Assembly (NCBI GenBank): GCA_950097015.1
Contig: CATNEN010000002.1
Location: 8,618,001 to 8,682,000 of the forward strand
DNA length: 64,000 bases
Direction: 5' to 3'
Source: Macrostomum hystrix
Lineage: Eukaryota; Animalia; Platyhelminthes
A model generated the notes under the pieces. The model searched no databases and was not told the DNA's origin. It worked only from the letters and a program-made list of their open reading frames with translations. The position numbers and the translations under genes were made by a program. Every line of letters begins with the position of its first letter. The first letter of the stretch is position 1. This document shows positions 47,480 to 58,842 of the stretch, in pieces.

Positions 47480-48660
47480 ACAGCCGACTGAGGCACACTA
47501 TGATGATCAATTGTGCCAATTTGTGTCATTGAGCACCAACTGACAGCCGACTGAGGCACACTATGATGATCAATTGTGCCAATTTGTGTCATTGAGCACC
47601 AACTGACAGCCGACTAAGGCATACTATGATTATCCATTGTGTCAATTTGTGTCATTGAGCACCAACTGACAGCCGACTGAGGCACACTATGATGATCAAT
47701 TGTGTCAATTTGTGTCATTGAGCACCAACTGACAGCCGACTGAGGTACACTATGATGATCAATTGTGCCAATTTGTGTCATTGAGCACCAACTGACAGCC
47801 GACTGAGGCACACTATGATGATCAATTGTGTCAATTTGTGTCATTGAGCACCAACTCACAGCCGACTGAGGCACACTATGATGATCAATTGTGCCAATTT
47901 GTGTCATTGAGCACCAACTGACAGCCGACTGAGGCACACTATGATGATTAATTGTGTCAATTTGTGTCATTGAGCACCAACTCACAGCCGACTGAGGCAC
48001 ACTATGATGATCAATTGTGCCAATTTGTGTCATTGAGCACCAACTGACAGCCGACTGAGGCACACTATGATGATTAATTGTGTCAATTTGTGTCATTGAG
48101 CACCAACTCACAGCCGACTGAGGCACACTATGATGATCAATTGTGCCAATTTGTGTCATTGAGCACCAACTCACAGCCGACTGAGGCACACTATGATGAT
48201 CAATTGTGCCAATTTGTGTCATTGAGCACCAACTGACAGCCGACTGAGGTACACTATGATGATCAATTGTGCCAATTTGTGTCATTGAGCACCAACTGAC
48301 AGCCGACTGAGGCACACTATGATGATCAATTGTGCCAATTTGTGTCATTGAGCACCAACTGAGAGCCGACTGAGGCACACTATGATGATCAATTGTGTCA
48401 ATTTGTGTCATTGAGCACCAACTCACAGCCGACTGAGGCACACTATGATGATCAATTGTGCCAATTTGTGTCATTGAGCACCAACTGACAGCCGACTGAG
48501 GCACACTATGATGATCAATTGTGCCAATTTGTGTCATTGAGCACCAACTGACAGCCGACTGAGGCACACTATGATGATCAATTGTGCCAATTTGTGTCAT
48601 TGAGCACCAACTGACAGCCGACTAAGGCATACTATGATTACCCATTGTGTCAATTTGTGT
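47480..48660. repeat. 63-bp minisatellite, about 18 copies
   Basis: Unit ccaactgacagccgactgaggcacactatgatgatcaattgtgccaatttgtgtcattgagca. Confidence 0.97.
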
Positions 48661-50546
48661 ATAAGATTATTTTCAAGAGATTTATTAGGTTCAGAATGAA
48701 GCTCCACACTAACCCACAGCATGCACACAGCATTGAATTCTCTAGACCTTAATTTTGAACGCCACACCAGGGAATTAGAGCTTCAATTGCAGGCAGTATA
48801 AATAAGTGCTATTGTAGTAAATGTGGAAAGCGCCATCCTCAAAATGTGCAGACAGAATTGAAATTTCTTAAATTACTTAAAGAAAAACTCACAATTTGGA
48901 AACTAGATACATAATACAAAGTTGCCAAAAACAATTCTCCATCCAAAACATTTGTCCTTCAAATCCTCCATCCAAAACAAAGCTCACAATCTAGCCATAG
49001 CTCAAGTTTTTATCTTGGTGACAAAGACAGATAATGTCTTACAGTCTGTTACATTGTATCTAGTTTGAAAAAATTACTTAGGCAAAATACATGACAATTA
49101 ATATCAATTAATGCATAGACTTAGCTTTATTGTACAACCATTATATAGCTCATTTCTATTGGCACTAGGCATAGATAATTGTGCTCTAGTAGTAGCAACC
49201 ATTTAATTGCTAATATTAGTAATTGTAGTTTGACAAAAAACAACCAAGCAAGATTTTTATTTTTAACATACTGGAAAGTGATGTAAAAATAATTTGTTTA
49301 ACTTATCCCACATTTTTCCTAGACACTTTCTTGCATTGTTTCAAGCTAAGGTTTTGATTGTCACATATTTTAAATATAAATATTATTAGCAACTACAATT
49401 CAATTAAAATACTTACTAGCTTATCAGAGATTACAAAATCAAGACCAATAAATTATCAAATATAAAAAATCCTATTTTTGTTAGTTGTAGGGCTTAAGAG
49501 GCTTCTCTGGATATCAAAATATATATATGTGTATACCACGCTAAATATAACATAAGAAAATAGTTATTTGATGGGGCAATTTGTACATAGGAGAAAAATA
49601 GGATTAAACTTCAATGGAAGCATGAGGACTTATGAGATATTAATCCAATATGGTGGAGTAGCATTGTACCCCCAGACAGCCTGCCTAGACATTACACCAT
49701 TGTCTAGGGGATATATGACCCAACATCTTCTGGTGCCAAGCCCATATTAGTTCATGCAATCCTCAATGGGGTTAGGGAAGTTGCATTGGACTTTTTAAGG
49801 CTATTTTATGAGGCTATTAGTCTTGGCCACTGAGCCTTTACATGTTATCTTACTAAAACAAATAAACCCACAATATTTAGCAGAGCCAACTTGGCAGGCT
49901 TCTACACTTATTTATTATAATGATAAATATTTTAGGGCATTTAGATTAGAATATACCAGAAATTTCTGGCTTGGATTTAGGTTGAAAGATTCAGATATCT
50001 AAGAATATATAAATATATAAATAAAAATGGTGATAAAAATATAAAAATCCTACCCAATATAAAAAGTAGGACATGCCTAGGAAAACATAAGCAACATTTT
50101 ACTACATTGTTTAACAAGCCTGATTTCACTTTCAGGCTTGGACTGTGGTAGACTATGCAGAATTTACAATTACCACACTGTTAAAAAACATAGGTTTGTT
50201 GCACTGGTTTTTTAATGTTATAAACAGTGCAGTAAAAACCACTAACTTTACCACAGGGTAATGTAATATCCTAGGAAAACATAGGCTTGGGAAAAGTGAA
50301 TTTGGTAAATAATAAACTAGTAAATAAACTGGATAAATGCTTTAAAGTGGTATTTAAAGGATAAATATTAAATAGACTATATAGGCCTATTAAAGCTTGC
50401 TTGGGCGCTTATATAGAATTAATTAGGCCTATATAGATTTATATATATAAATGATATGTATAGCCATATTAAATCACTTATAGGCCTAGTCATTAATGGT
50501 TTATACATCTCCTAAAACCATTAAGTGGCTAGGCCTAAAGCAAATG

Positions 50547-50986
50547 GGTACCTGGACACTTCGTCATCTTACAACTTCGTCATCCAGATGACAATCTGTC
50601 CAATATCTTAGAGGGTGGATGACGAAGAGACTTAGACTTAAGAACACTTCGTCATCTATAAAACAAAAATTTTCAAAGTTAGAACAGAACCACCACTCCC
50701 CACCCCTCCTCACATCGTGTTAGCACCTATCTTTCAACACTTATAATGAAATCAGTTTTGACACCTATTTTTGACAATTTAGAGTGTGAAGTGTGTTCAC
50801 ACCTCTGCCCCACCACCCCACCCTCACTTTATTGATGACGAACTTGATTGCTTGTTATTAGTAGATGACGAACTGACCAAACTTTAAAGCATGCCAATTG
50901 GCTGGATGACGAAGTGTCCTACCTTCCAAGTGGATGACGAAGTTGTAAGATGACGAAGTTGTAAGATGACGAAGTGTCTAGGATCC
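50547..50986. mobile_element. MITE, 440 bp, with an 8-bp TSD and GG...CC termini; superfamily not assigned
   Basis: Left end ggtacctggacacttcgtcatcttacaacttcgtcatc; right end reverse complement ggatcctagacacttcgtcatcttacaacttcgtcatc. agcaaatg is duplicated at 50539-50546 and 50987-50994. Confidence 0.85.
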
Positions 50987-51529
50987 AGCAAATGTACACT
51001 AAAATTTTGCCCCTTAGTATTTGAGGATTAAAGTTCAAGAAGTATTGTGTTTCAATTAATGTTAACTAAATAAAAAGAATGTAAAACCTGTGCTAGTTAA
51101 CTAATACATAGGTTAGTTATTTCTTTTTTAACACAGGCCAAACCAAACAGCAAGGCTTAGCTCTTGTCTTATTAGTAGTCCAGGGTTATTAAAAATTTTC
51201 TTTTATGAAAATGGTAAAGCGATAAGTGAATACGTTATTTCTCTTTTTAAATTTAATGCTCAGTAGTTTCTAATTTACAAAGCAGCGCTTGGTAAATCGG
51301 AGCTCTTTGTCAATTGTCATGACTCATGTTTCTTGAAAAAATACGATTTAAAGTTTTTTGTTTTCGATTTTTTAAGAACTGTAAAAGGTAAAACAAATAT
51401 ATGTACATTTATTTCGGAAAAAGCATCTTGCGAAATCGCATTAGCGCTAGAAAGTGCATTTGCGTTTAATGCAACCGTGATTTTAACAACGTCCAACGAG
51501 AGGGCCATGGTGACTGCCCTCATTTCCCT

Positions 51530-51840
51530 GCGGTTAAGTCCAAGCGGGGCTTTGCGAAGGGCAGTGGAGGGACAAGCAACAGCAGCGCGAGACTGCCGAC
51601 AATCGGCGGTGTTGATCCACCTGTCCTTGTGCTTAGAGGCCACCCACTGGTTAATCTGAGATGTGATAGGGATAGGCGGTAGGGATGGGGACCACAGGCA
51701 CGGGGCCAAAAAGCGAACCCGTCGAACTGGCTTTGGCGATGCAGTCGGCTAATTCGTTACCGGGGTGGCCAGAGTGCCCTGGAATCCACCTTAGGGACAC
51801 CTTGTTATGAGTCCCTATGCTATTTAGTGTTGTCATAAAA
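51530..51840 (-). mobile_element. LINE RNase H domain remnant
   Basis: [25 protein letters not shown] followed by INQW...RW...CRQSR. Confidence 0.85.
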
Positions 51841-53863
51841 TGAATGTTTTTTGCATGGTAATCTTACAAATCCTTGGAAAACCACAGCGATATTATATCG
51901 TGATGTAACCCGGGGATGGCTTCATCATGCGAGTGCTGGAAATCCCACGGTGCTGATCCCAAGGTGAAAGGGAATCAGACCTTTGCTCTCCCAGTGGCAA
52001 CGGCCGCCCTATTGATGGTTGGTGGCTGGTTTTGTCTCCGATTGGCCAAGGTCCAATGCATTTTCAACTCTAATTCTAGTCAGGGAGTTTTAGGGTGGGG
52101 AGTTTTAGAGTAGTTCTGCCACCATCCCTTGCGGTTTTAGACTCCATAAATAAAACCGAACGAGGCACGGGCCCCGGTTGCTTCGACTAATATTTAGGCC
52201 AGATCGAAGAAGAGAGCTCAATTATGGCCACTGAAGGGACTCTATGCCCGCTTCGTTGGTGAATGCCCATGCAGCCTCTCATGACTACATGCGACTCTGT
52301 GTGCAAACTATACTCTGCTACTAGTATTTTCGTGCCGTATTTCAATTAGAGTTACATAATTATATCACCTTCTATTTACAACCTGCCAACAACCTTCTCT
52401 GAGATAGCAGTGACATGCGCCTTCTATACTCACTAGCCTTCATGCTTAAATGAGCAGTGGAAAACTAAGAAAAGCATTGGATTTAGCGATTCAAAAACTC
52501 GAGGGAGACGACTCAAGGGAATAAGGGGATTGATATACGAGGGATTGGGGACTCGACATCAAGGGATAACTTTGGGGAAGGGGAGATAATATATTTTATG
52601 GGGGAAGGTGGCACGGGGACTAGCAGGTGGATAGGGGATCCAGTGTTGCTGAACTGTGGGACGAAACAGGACAAGCACGTACGAAGATGTCGGAACGGAC
52701 GAAGACGTGGCTGAGACTTCGCGAAGCGGGCCCAAATGGTCGCAGGGTCTGGCTTTTTGGGCGAAAAGCCGACGGGATTATGTAGGGGAGAAGTCACGCA
52801 TCAAGCGCGTGAACCGTGATTGAAAGTCTCCGTTGATACAGTCTTGACCCTGCGCAGTGTACAACCAATTTATTGGCCGGCTCTGATTGGCCCGATGTTG
52901 TACAGTAAGCTTGGGGGAGGTGGGGCGGGGCGGTTGCACAGAGCTCAGTAATATTGAATTTTGCTTAATTATTATCTATATTTACTTATTAAAATATTTG
53001 TCTTAAATACTATGTTGAGTCCTATAATAAATTAAAGCTACATAGGAGAAAAGGCTAAGGGATTCGGGTACATTAAAGTGACATTTGAAGGTTAAGCTCC
53101 TGTCATACTTGATTGAGCCAGATCAATCGTAAGCGGAGGTGGGGTAGGCGTTTTTAGGGGTTGGAGGTTTCAAGGCGATGACTCATCATCGAGTCACGTG
53201 TTTTGTCCACCCAGGCTGGCCTCAAGGCTCACTTGCAATTCTATGGGGGAAACTGGCTGGTAACTAGGGATTCAAAAGAGTAAAATTACACCCCAAGGCA
53301 TTGGGATCGAGATTGGTTGGACTCATCAATATAACAAAATGTATTTTGTCTCACTGACAGATTTCACTGACAGCTTATACGTTTACACAAAAATGATTAA
53401 CGAATTTCGCCATGTCGATCCTATACAACGACTACTGTAGTATAACACTTGTGCTACAGTGGTCCAATTGCAATGAACATGGTAGAAGCAACTGCATCAT
53501 GGCACTCAGCGAGCTAGTTAAAAAGTATGATCGATGAATTAAAAAAACAGGAGGGCGGGAAAGCGGAAAAAAGAGCTGCGTGTAAAGTGACTTCGATCAG
53601 TTCCAATGGGTACGTTAACAGCGAATTATCGCGAGTATACAGTAGAGAGCAGCATTGAGCCATGCAGTTCACAATGCCTGATAAGAAACTGATAAAAGGA
53701 CACTTTGAAGCGTAACATTTTTTGGACCACTTTATAGACAACATTCCGGATTTCTCATGCTCGAAACCTGACGAGGCAGAATTTTCGGATCAATTTTAGA
53801 CCCATGCAGTTGGCATAAGGTCCACTTTTACTATCTGAACCTGTGCCTAATCTAGAATAGCTA

Positions 53864-54761
53864 CGTAAGGGTGTCCCAGAAATAGCGGGAAAAATCGATG
53901 CACAGGCAAACTGGTGAAACAGTTTATTGAAACTCACGCCACTGATAAATAAACATTCAGCAGTTCTAACGCTTTTTTAATTAAGTAAAAATGTCAATAC
54001 ATTAAAAAGTTATGGCTAAAATTAGAACAAGGGGTAAGGGGTAGAGTTACACCAAGTCAAGGCCAGCGGAATCGGTCACGCAGCATCGCCATCGCCGTCG
54101 ACTGACGACTTTTCAACGAAGTTCCCCCTTAGCTCGCAGCACTTAGTCCATCGCGTGAGAAGCGCATTGATGGCATCTGCATTCACCCTTTGAATCAGTG
54201 CCTTTGTTGATGGAGAGATCGGACGGCCACGGTTGGCTGTGTCATCAGCAACGTCTGTTCGCCCATGACTGATCTCTTCAAGCCAGCGATAGACAGCACT
54301 CTTCGAGATGGCACTCACTCCGTGGATTTCAGTCAGCTGGCTTACAATTCCACTGCCTCGCTTGCCCAATTTCCATTGGGAGTACACGAACTGGCGCTGA
54401 CCTTCTTTGGACGAAACGTTAAACATTGAACGATTGAACAAGGGAAAATGAGAAAAATCCAAACTCAACAGCGGCGTCTTGTCGAGGCGCACAAAATTTC
54501 GATATTCGCGAAGTCTCGTGCTTGCTGTCGTTGGTGCCACGGCTATTTCTTGCGTCAGTTTCTGCTTCTTTTGATTCTGGTGCTCACGCTTCTCTGCTCG
54601 TCTGTTGCCTTTTTCTGCTTCTGCTCATTTTCTTCTTCTGTTGATTAAAAAAGCGTTAGAACTGCTCAATGTTTATTTATCAGTGACGTGAGTTTCAATA
54701 AACTATGTTTCACCAGTTTGCCTGTTCATCGATTTTTCCGCTATTTCTGGGACACCCCTCG
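53864..54761 (-). mobile_element. Internally deleted mariner element of about 900 bp
   Basis: TIRs of more than 100 bp (…gggtgtcccagaaatagcgg… and its reverse complement) are TA-flanked. The residual ORF joins the N-terminal HTH (SKSAVYRWL...GRP) directly to the C-terminus (LLTRWTKCCELRGNFVE), so the DDD core is missing. Confidence 0.9.
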
Positions 54762-55404
54762 TATAACAGCTATAACACAGTATGGTAATGGACCATGTAG
54801 TATCCATGTTACTGCATTGTATTGACCGTTTACCCTGTAATTTTGCCTTATCGCAAACAGAATCGTAGATGTGAAAAATCGAATGCGAAAATGACAATTT
54901 TTGCTTATCTCAAGTGTGCATGCATGCTGATCTTGTTTATCAGTCAATATTGCCATGGTTACTCATGGCTATTTCACTTGGCATGCGCTTTCCAATGAAC
55001 TGCTGTATATTGCTGTATATTTAGACAGCGATATTAAATCCTGGTTTTCAGAGCAAGTACCTGCAGCATTGACAAAATCACTACCAAGCCACAGCTTCAC
55101 GGACACTGTTTAGTTTTTTATTACAAGAGTACTAAAATAAGTGTGAGCATTTTAGAAACATTGGCGATGGCCTTGAAGACCGTTAACATTGCCTGGCTGT
55201 AGGCTGAACTGGAGATAAGGTAGTCAAGTTGAACAGAAAACAAACTCGTAGACGTCATAGCAGAGCTTCAACTTGTGTATACCAAAAACATATATAAATA
55301 TTAACTCATTTCACAATGCGGTCGGTCTATGTAACTGCTGCGCCTGGGCAAAAGTAGAACCTGCACTTTGCTAGCTTTGCTGCTGCTTCTTGTAGGCATT
55401 CACA

Positions 55405-55752
55405 ATGTTCAAGCACTTGTTACTCCTGGTCTGCGCTTCGGTGTTGGCGCTGCAGCTGCTGAATGCTCCCACATCGGTCGAGTCGCTAACCATTAGGGCT
55501 GCCTCCAACTCAACAGGCCTCTCCACACCCGACGGCCGCAACACAACGGGAAGCGTCGGCGGCGAGCCGCGGCCCGGCTACGACTACCCCGGCGGCAGCA
55601 ACAGCAGCAGCAGTGGCACACTCACCATCGCCGTATCCGGTGGAGGAGGAGTTGTCTCTCTGGTGATACTCTGCCTCATCATCTACTGCTGCTGCTGCAG
55701 AGCGCGCTGCCCTATTCGTCTGTCATCTGCAATTGGACCACTGTACGAGTAG
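55405..55752 (+). CDS. Small type I membrane glycoprotein, 115 aa, with juxtamembrane Cys cluster
   Basis: Signal peptide MFKHLLLLVCASVLALQLL, S/T/G-rich ectodomain with NST, NTT and NSS sequons, TM segment VVSLVILCLIIY followed by CCCC, and a short tail ending PLYE. An acceptor-like ttcttgtag lies 9 nt before the ATG. Confidence 0.75.
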   Translation: MFKHLLLLVCASVLALQLLNAPTSVESLTIRAASNSTGLSTPDGRNTTGSVGGEPRPGYDYPGGSNSSSSGTLTIAVSGGGGVVSLVILCLIIYCCCCRARCPIRLSSAIGPLYE

Positions 55753-56039
55753 CACAAGTGTTATACTACAGTAGTCGTTGTATAGGATCAACATAGCGAA
55801 ATTCGTTAATCATTTTTATGTAAACGTATAAGCGTAGTTCGGACAGACAGTTTGGACAAACTCATTGTTCTGCGTTTTTGCTCACCTATTTCAATCACTA
55901 ACACAATTCCAAATTGGTGCTATTTTAAAATCAAATTTTACAATTAAATAGACAGCCACTGAAATTGAAACCAGCGAAATTCACTAATTACCTACATAAT
56001 CTGTTCAATAAACAATTCAACTAGCCATACAAATCGTCA

Positions 56040-57395
56040 CTGACCCATGATTTCCTGATCCTCACTGACCCATGCAGTTCTGATCCTCACTGATCCTCAC
56101 TGATCCTCACTGATCCTCACTGACCCATGATTTCCTGATCCTCACTGATCCTCACTGATCCTCACTGATCCTCACTGATCCTCACTGACCCATGTAGTCT
56201 TGATTCTCAATGATCCTCACTGACCCATGATTTCCTGATCCTCACTGACCCATGATTTCCTGATCCTCAATGACCCATGCAGTTCTGATCCTCAATGATC
56301 CTCACTGACCCATGCAGTTCTGATCCTCAATGATCCTCACTGACCCATGTAGTTCTGATCCTCGATGATCCTCACTGACCCATGCAGTCCTGATCCTCAC
56401 TGACCCATGCAGTCCTGATCCTCACTGACCCATGCAGTCCTGATCCTCACTGACTCATGCAGTTCTGATCCTCAATGATCCTCACTGACCCATGTAGTTC
56501 TGATCCTCAATGATCCTCACTGACCCATGCAGTCCTGATCCTCACTGACCCATGCAGTCCTGATCCTCACTGACCCATGCAGTCCTGATCCTCACAGACT
56601 CATGCAGTTCTGATCCTCAATGATCCTCACTGACCCATGTAGTTCTGATCCTCAATGATCCTCACTGACCCATGCAGTCCTGATCCTCACTGACCCATGC
56701 AGTCCTGATCCTCACTGACCCATGCAGTCCTGATCCTCACTGACCCATGCAGTCCTGATCCTCACTGATCCTCACTGACCCATGTAGTCCTGATCCTCAA
56801 TGATCCTCACTGACCCATGTAGTTCTGATCCTCAATGATCCTCACTGACCCATGTAGTTCTGATCCTCAATGATCCTCACTGACCCATGCAGTCCTGATC
56901 CTCACTGACCCATGCAGTCCTGATCCTCACTGACCCATGCAGTCCTGATCCTCACTGACCCATGCAGTCCTGATCCTCACTGACCCATGCAGTCCTGATC
57001 CTCACTGACTCATGCAGTTCTGATCCTCACTGACCCATGCAGTCCTGATCCTCACTGACCCATGCAGTCCTGATCCTCACTGACTCATGCAGTTCTGATC
57101 CTCACTGACCCATGCAGTCCTGATCCTCACTGACCCATGCAGTCCTGATCCTCACTGACTCATGCAGTTCTGATCCTCACTGACCCATGATTTCCTGATC
57201 CTCACTGACCCACGCAGTCCTGATCCTCACTGACCCATGCAGTCCTGATCCTCACTGACTCATGCAGTTCTGATCCTCAATGATCCTCACTGACCCATGT
57301 AGTCCTGATCCTCACTGACCCATTCACTACTGATCCTCACTGACCCATGCAGTACTGATCCTCACTGACCAATGTAGTCCTCATCCTCACTGACT
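56040..57395. repeat. Compound minisatellite of 25-bp and 10-bp units
   Basis: Units ctcactgacccatgcagtcctgatc and ctcactgatc. Confidence 0.95.
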
Positions 57396-57829
57396 AAAAG
57401 CAAATTTATCAGAAGCCAGCTGTTCTAAACAATGAGAAAATGAACTAACGAAGCTGCAGCTTGCTCAGCAGTACTACACTACTGCTAAGGGCCAAAATGG
57501 ATTTTTAGGCCTGCCTGCCACCCAATTACTCGTACGCCACTTGTCTTACCCACTCAGGGAGTATTTCAAGTTTTCGTATGTTAAACAAATACTTAAGCAT
57601 GAATCTTGTCAACTGTGGACACAGCATTGTCTTAGCATTTCCCGTAGCATCTTTATTAAAACTGGAAAATGAGTGTGACGATGCACTGTGTGACAAATCA
57701 ACCGACAGGCTGGCTGCGTGATCAATATTTGCAGACGGATCCTGGGGGTCGTAAGTCTTTGAAACTTGTCCATAATCCCTGGAATAAATAGTATGCAAAA
57801 CAGGTCTGTCCGTCTCTCCGGCCATGTGT

Positions 57830-58295
57830 CTGCCCCCCTGTTCCCTCTCTCCGCCCCCTGTTCCCTCTCTCCGCCCCCTGTTCCCTCTCTCCGCCCCCTG
57901 TTCCCTCACTCCGCCCCCCTGTTCCCTCTCTCCGCCCCCTGTTCCCTCTCTCCGCCCCCTGTTCCCTCTCTCCACCCCCTGTTCCCTCTCTCCACCCCCT
58001 ATTCCATCTCTCCACTCCCTGTTCCCTCTCTCCGCCCCCTGTTCCCTCTCTCCGCCCCCTGTTCCCTCTCTCCGCCCCCTGTTCCCTCTCTCCGCCCCCT
58101 ATTCCCTCTCTCCACCCCCTGTTCCCTCTCTCCACGCCCTATTCCCTCTCTCCGCCCCCTGTTCCCTCTCTCCACCCCCTGTTCCCTCTCTCCGCCCCCT
58201 GTTCCCTCTCTCCACCCCCTGTTCCCTCTCTCCACCCCCTGTTCCCTCTCTCCACCCCCTATTCCCTCACTCCGCCCCCTGTACCCTCTCTCCGC
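57830..58295. repeat. Pyrimidine-rich minisatellite of about 20 bp
   Basis: Unit ctgttccctctctccgcccc. Confidence 0.95.
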
Positions 58296-58842
58296 CCTCT
58301 GTCCATTCCGAGCTCAACATCTTCAAAGCAGAACCGAGAAAGCCTTTCACAATGAGCAAATGAAGGCCTCAATTCTGGCTTCAACACCCCTAATGTCTAC
58401 GCGTACATGAAGTGAAGTCCACAGTGGCATTGAAAACGACTCAGATGAGTTCTCAGCTAATACCCTCATCAGTTAAAAGTGTTTCTACTCAACTAATCCT
58501 GGCTTAGCCTGCAGTCTCCTCGTGGGAATAAAAACATTTTGAGCAGTTTTGAACAGTTTTGAGCAGTTACCAACTGGAGTTGGTTAGTGACTCGCGCACT
58601 CTGGCAACAGCTGCGCGGTCTCACGGGCTGGGCTGGCTGCGTCTGGCAAAAATTTCTCGACTTGAAAGTAATGTTATTATTTTTAATCAGGCGAGCTTAA
58701 TGGCATGCGTGAATTAGCAGCTTTACAGATCAATGTACCGCTTATTTACTGGCTCAGTTTCATTTTGGGAAGAACGAATCACGTGACATGACAATGACAG
58801 TCGGATAAAACTTTCGGACAAACTGCTTCGCGGATTCAAGCC

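Noticed and set aside
47614-48600. 328-aa protein with a 21-aa repeat
   Set aside because: It is confined to the 63-bp array with no unique coding flanks.
27090-50994. Similar TSDs of the two MITEs (agcaataat and agcaaatg) as a shared target preference
   Set aside because: There are only two sites, with different TSD lengths and unrelated TIRs, in AT-rich DNA; chance is plausible.
52800-52930. CCAAT/GC-box promoter with a palindrome (similar signal at 29430-29530)
   Set aside because: Short motifs with no linked gene start; cannot be supported from sequence alone.
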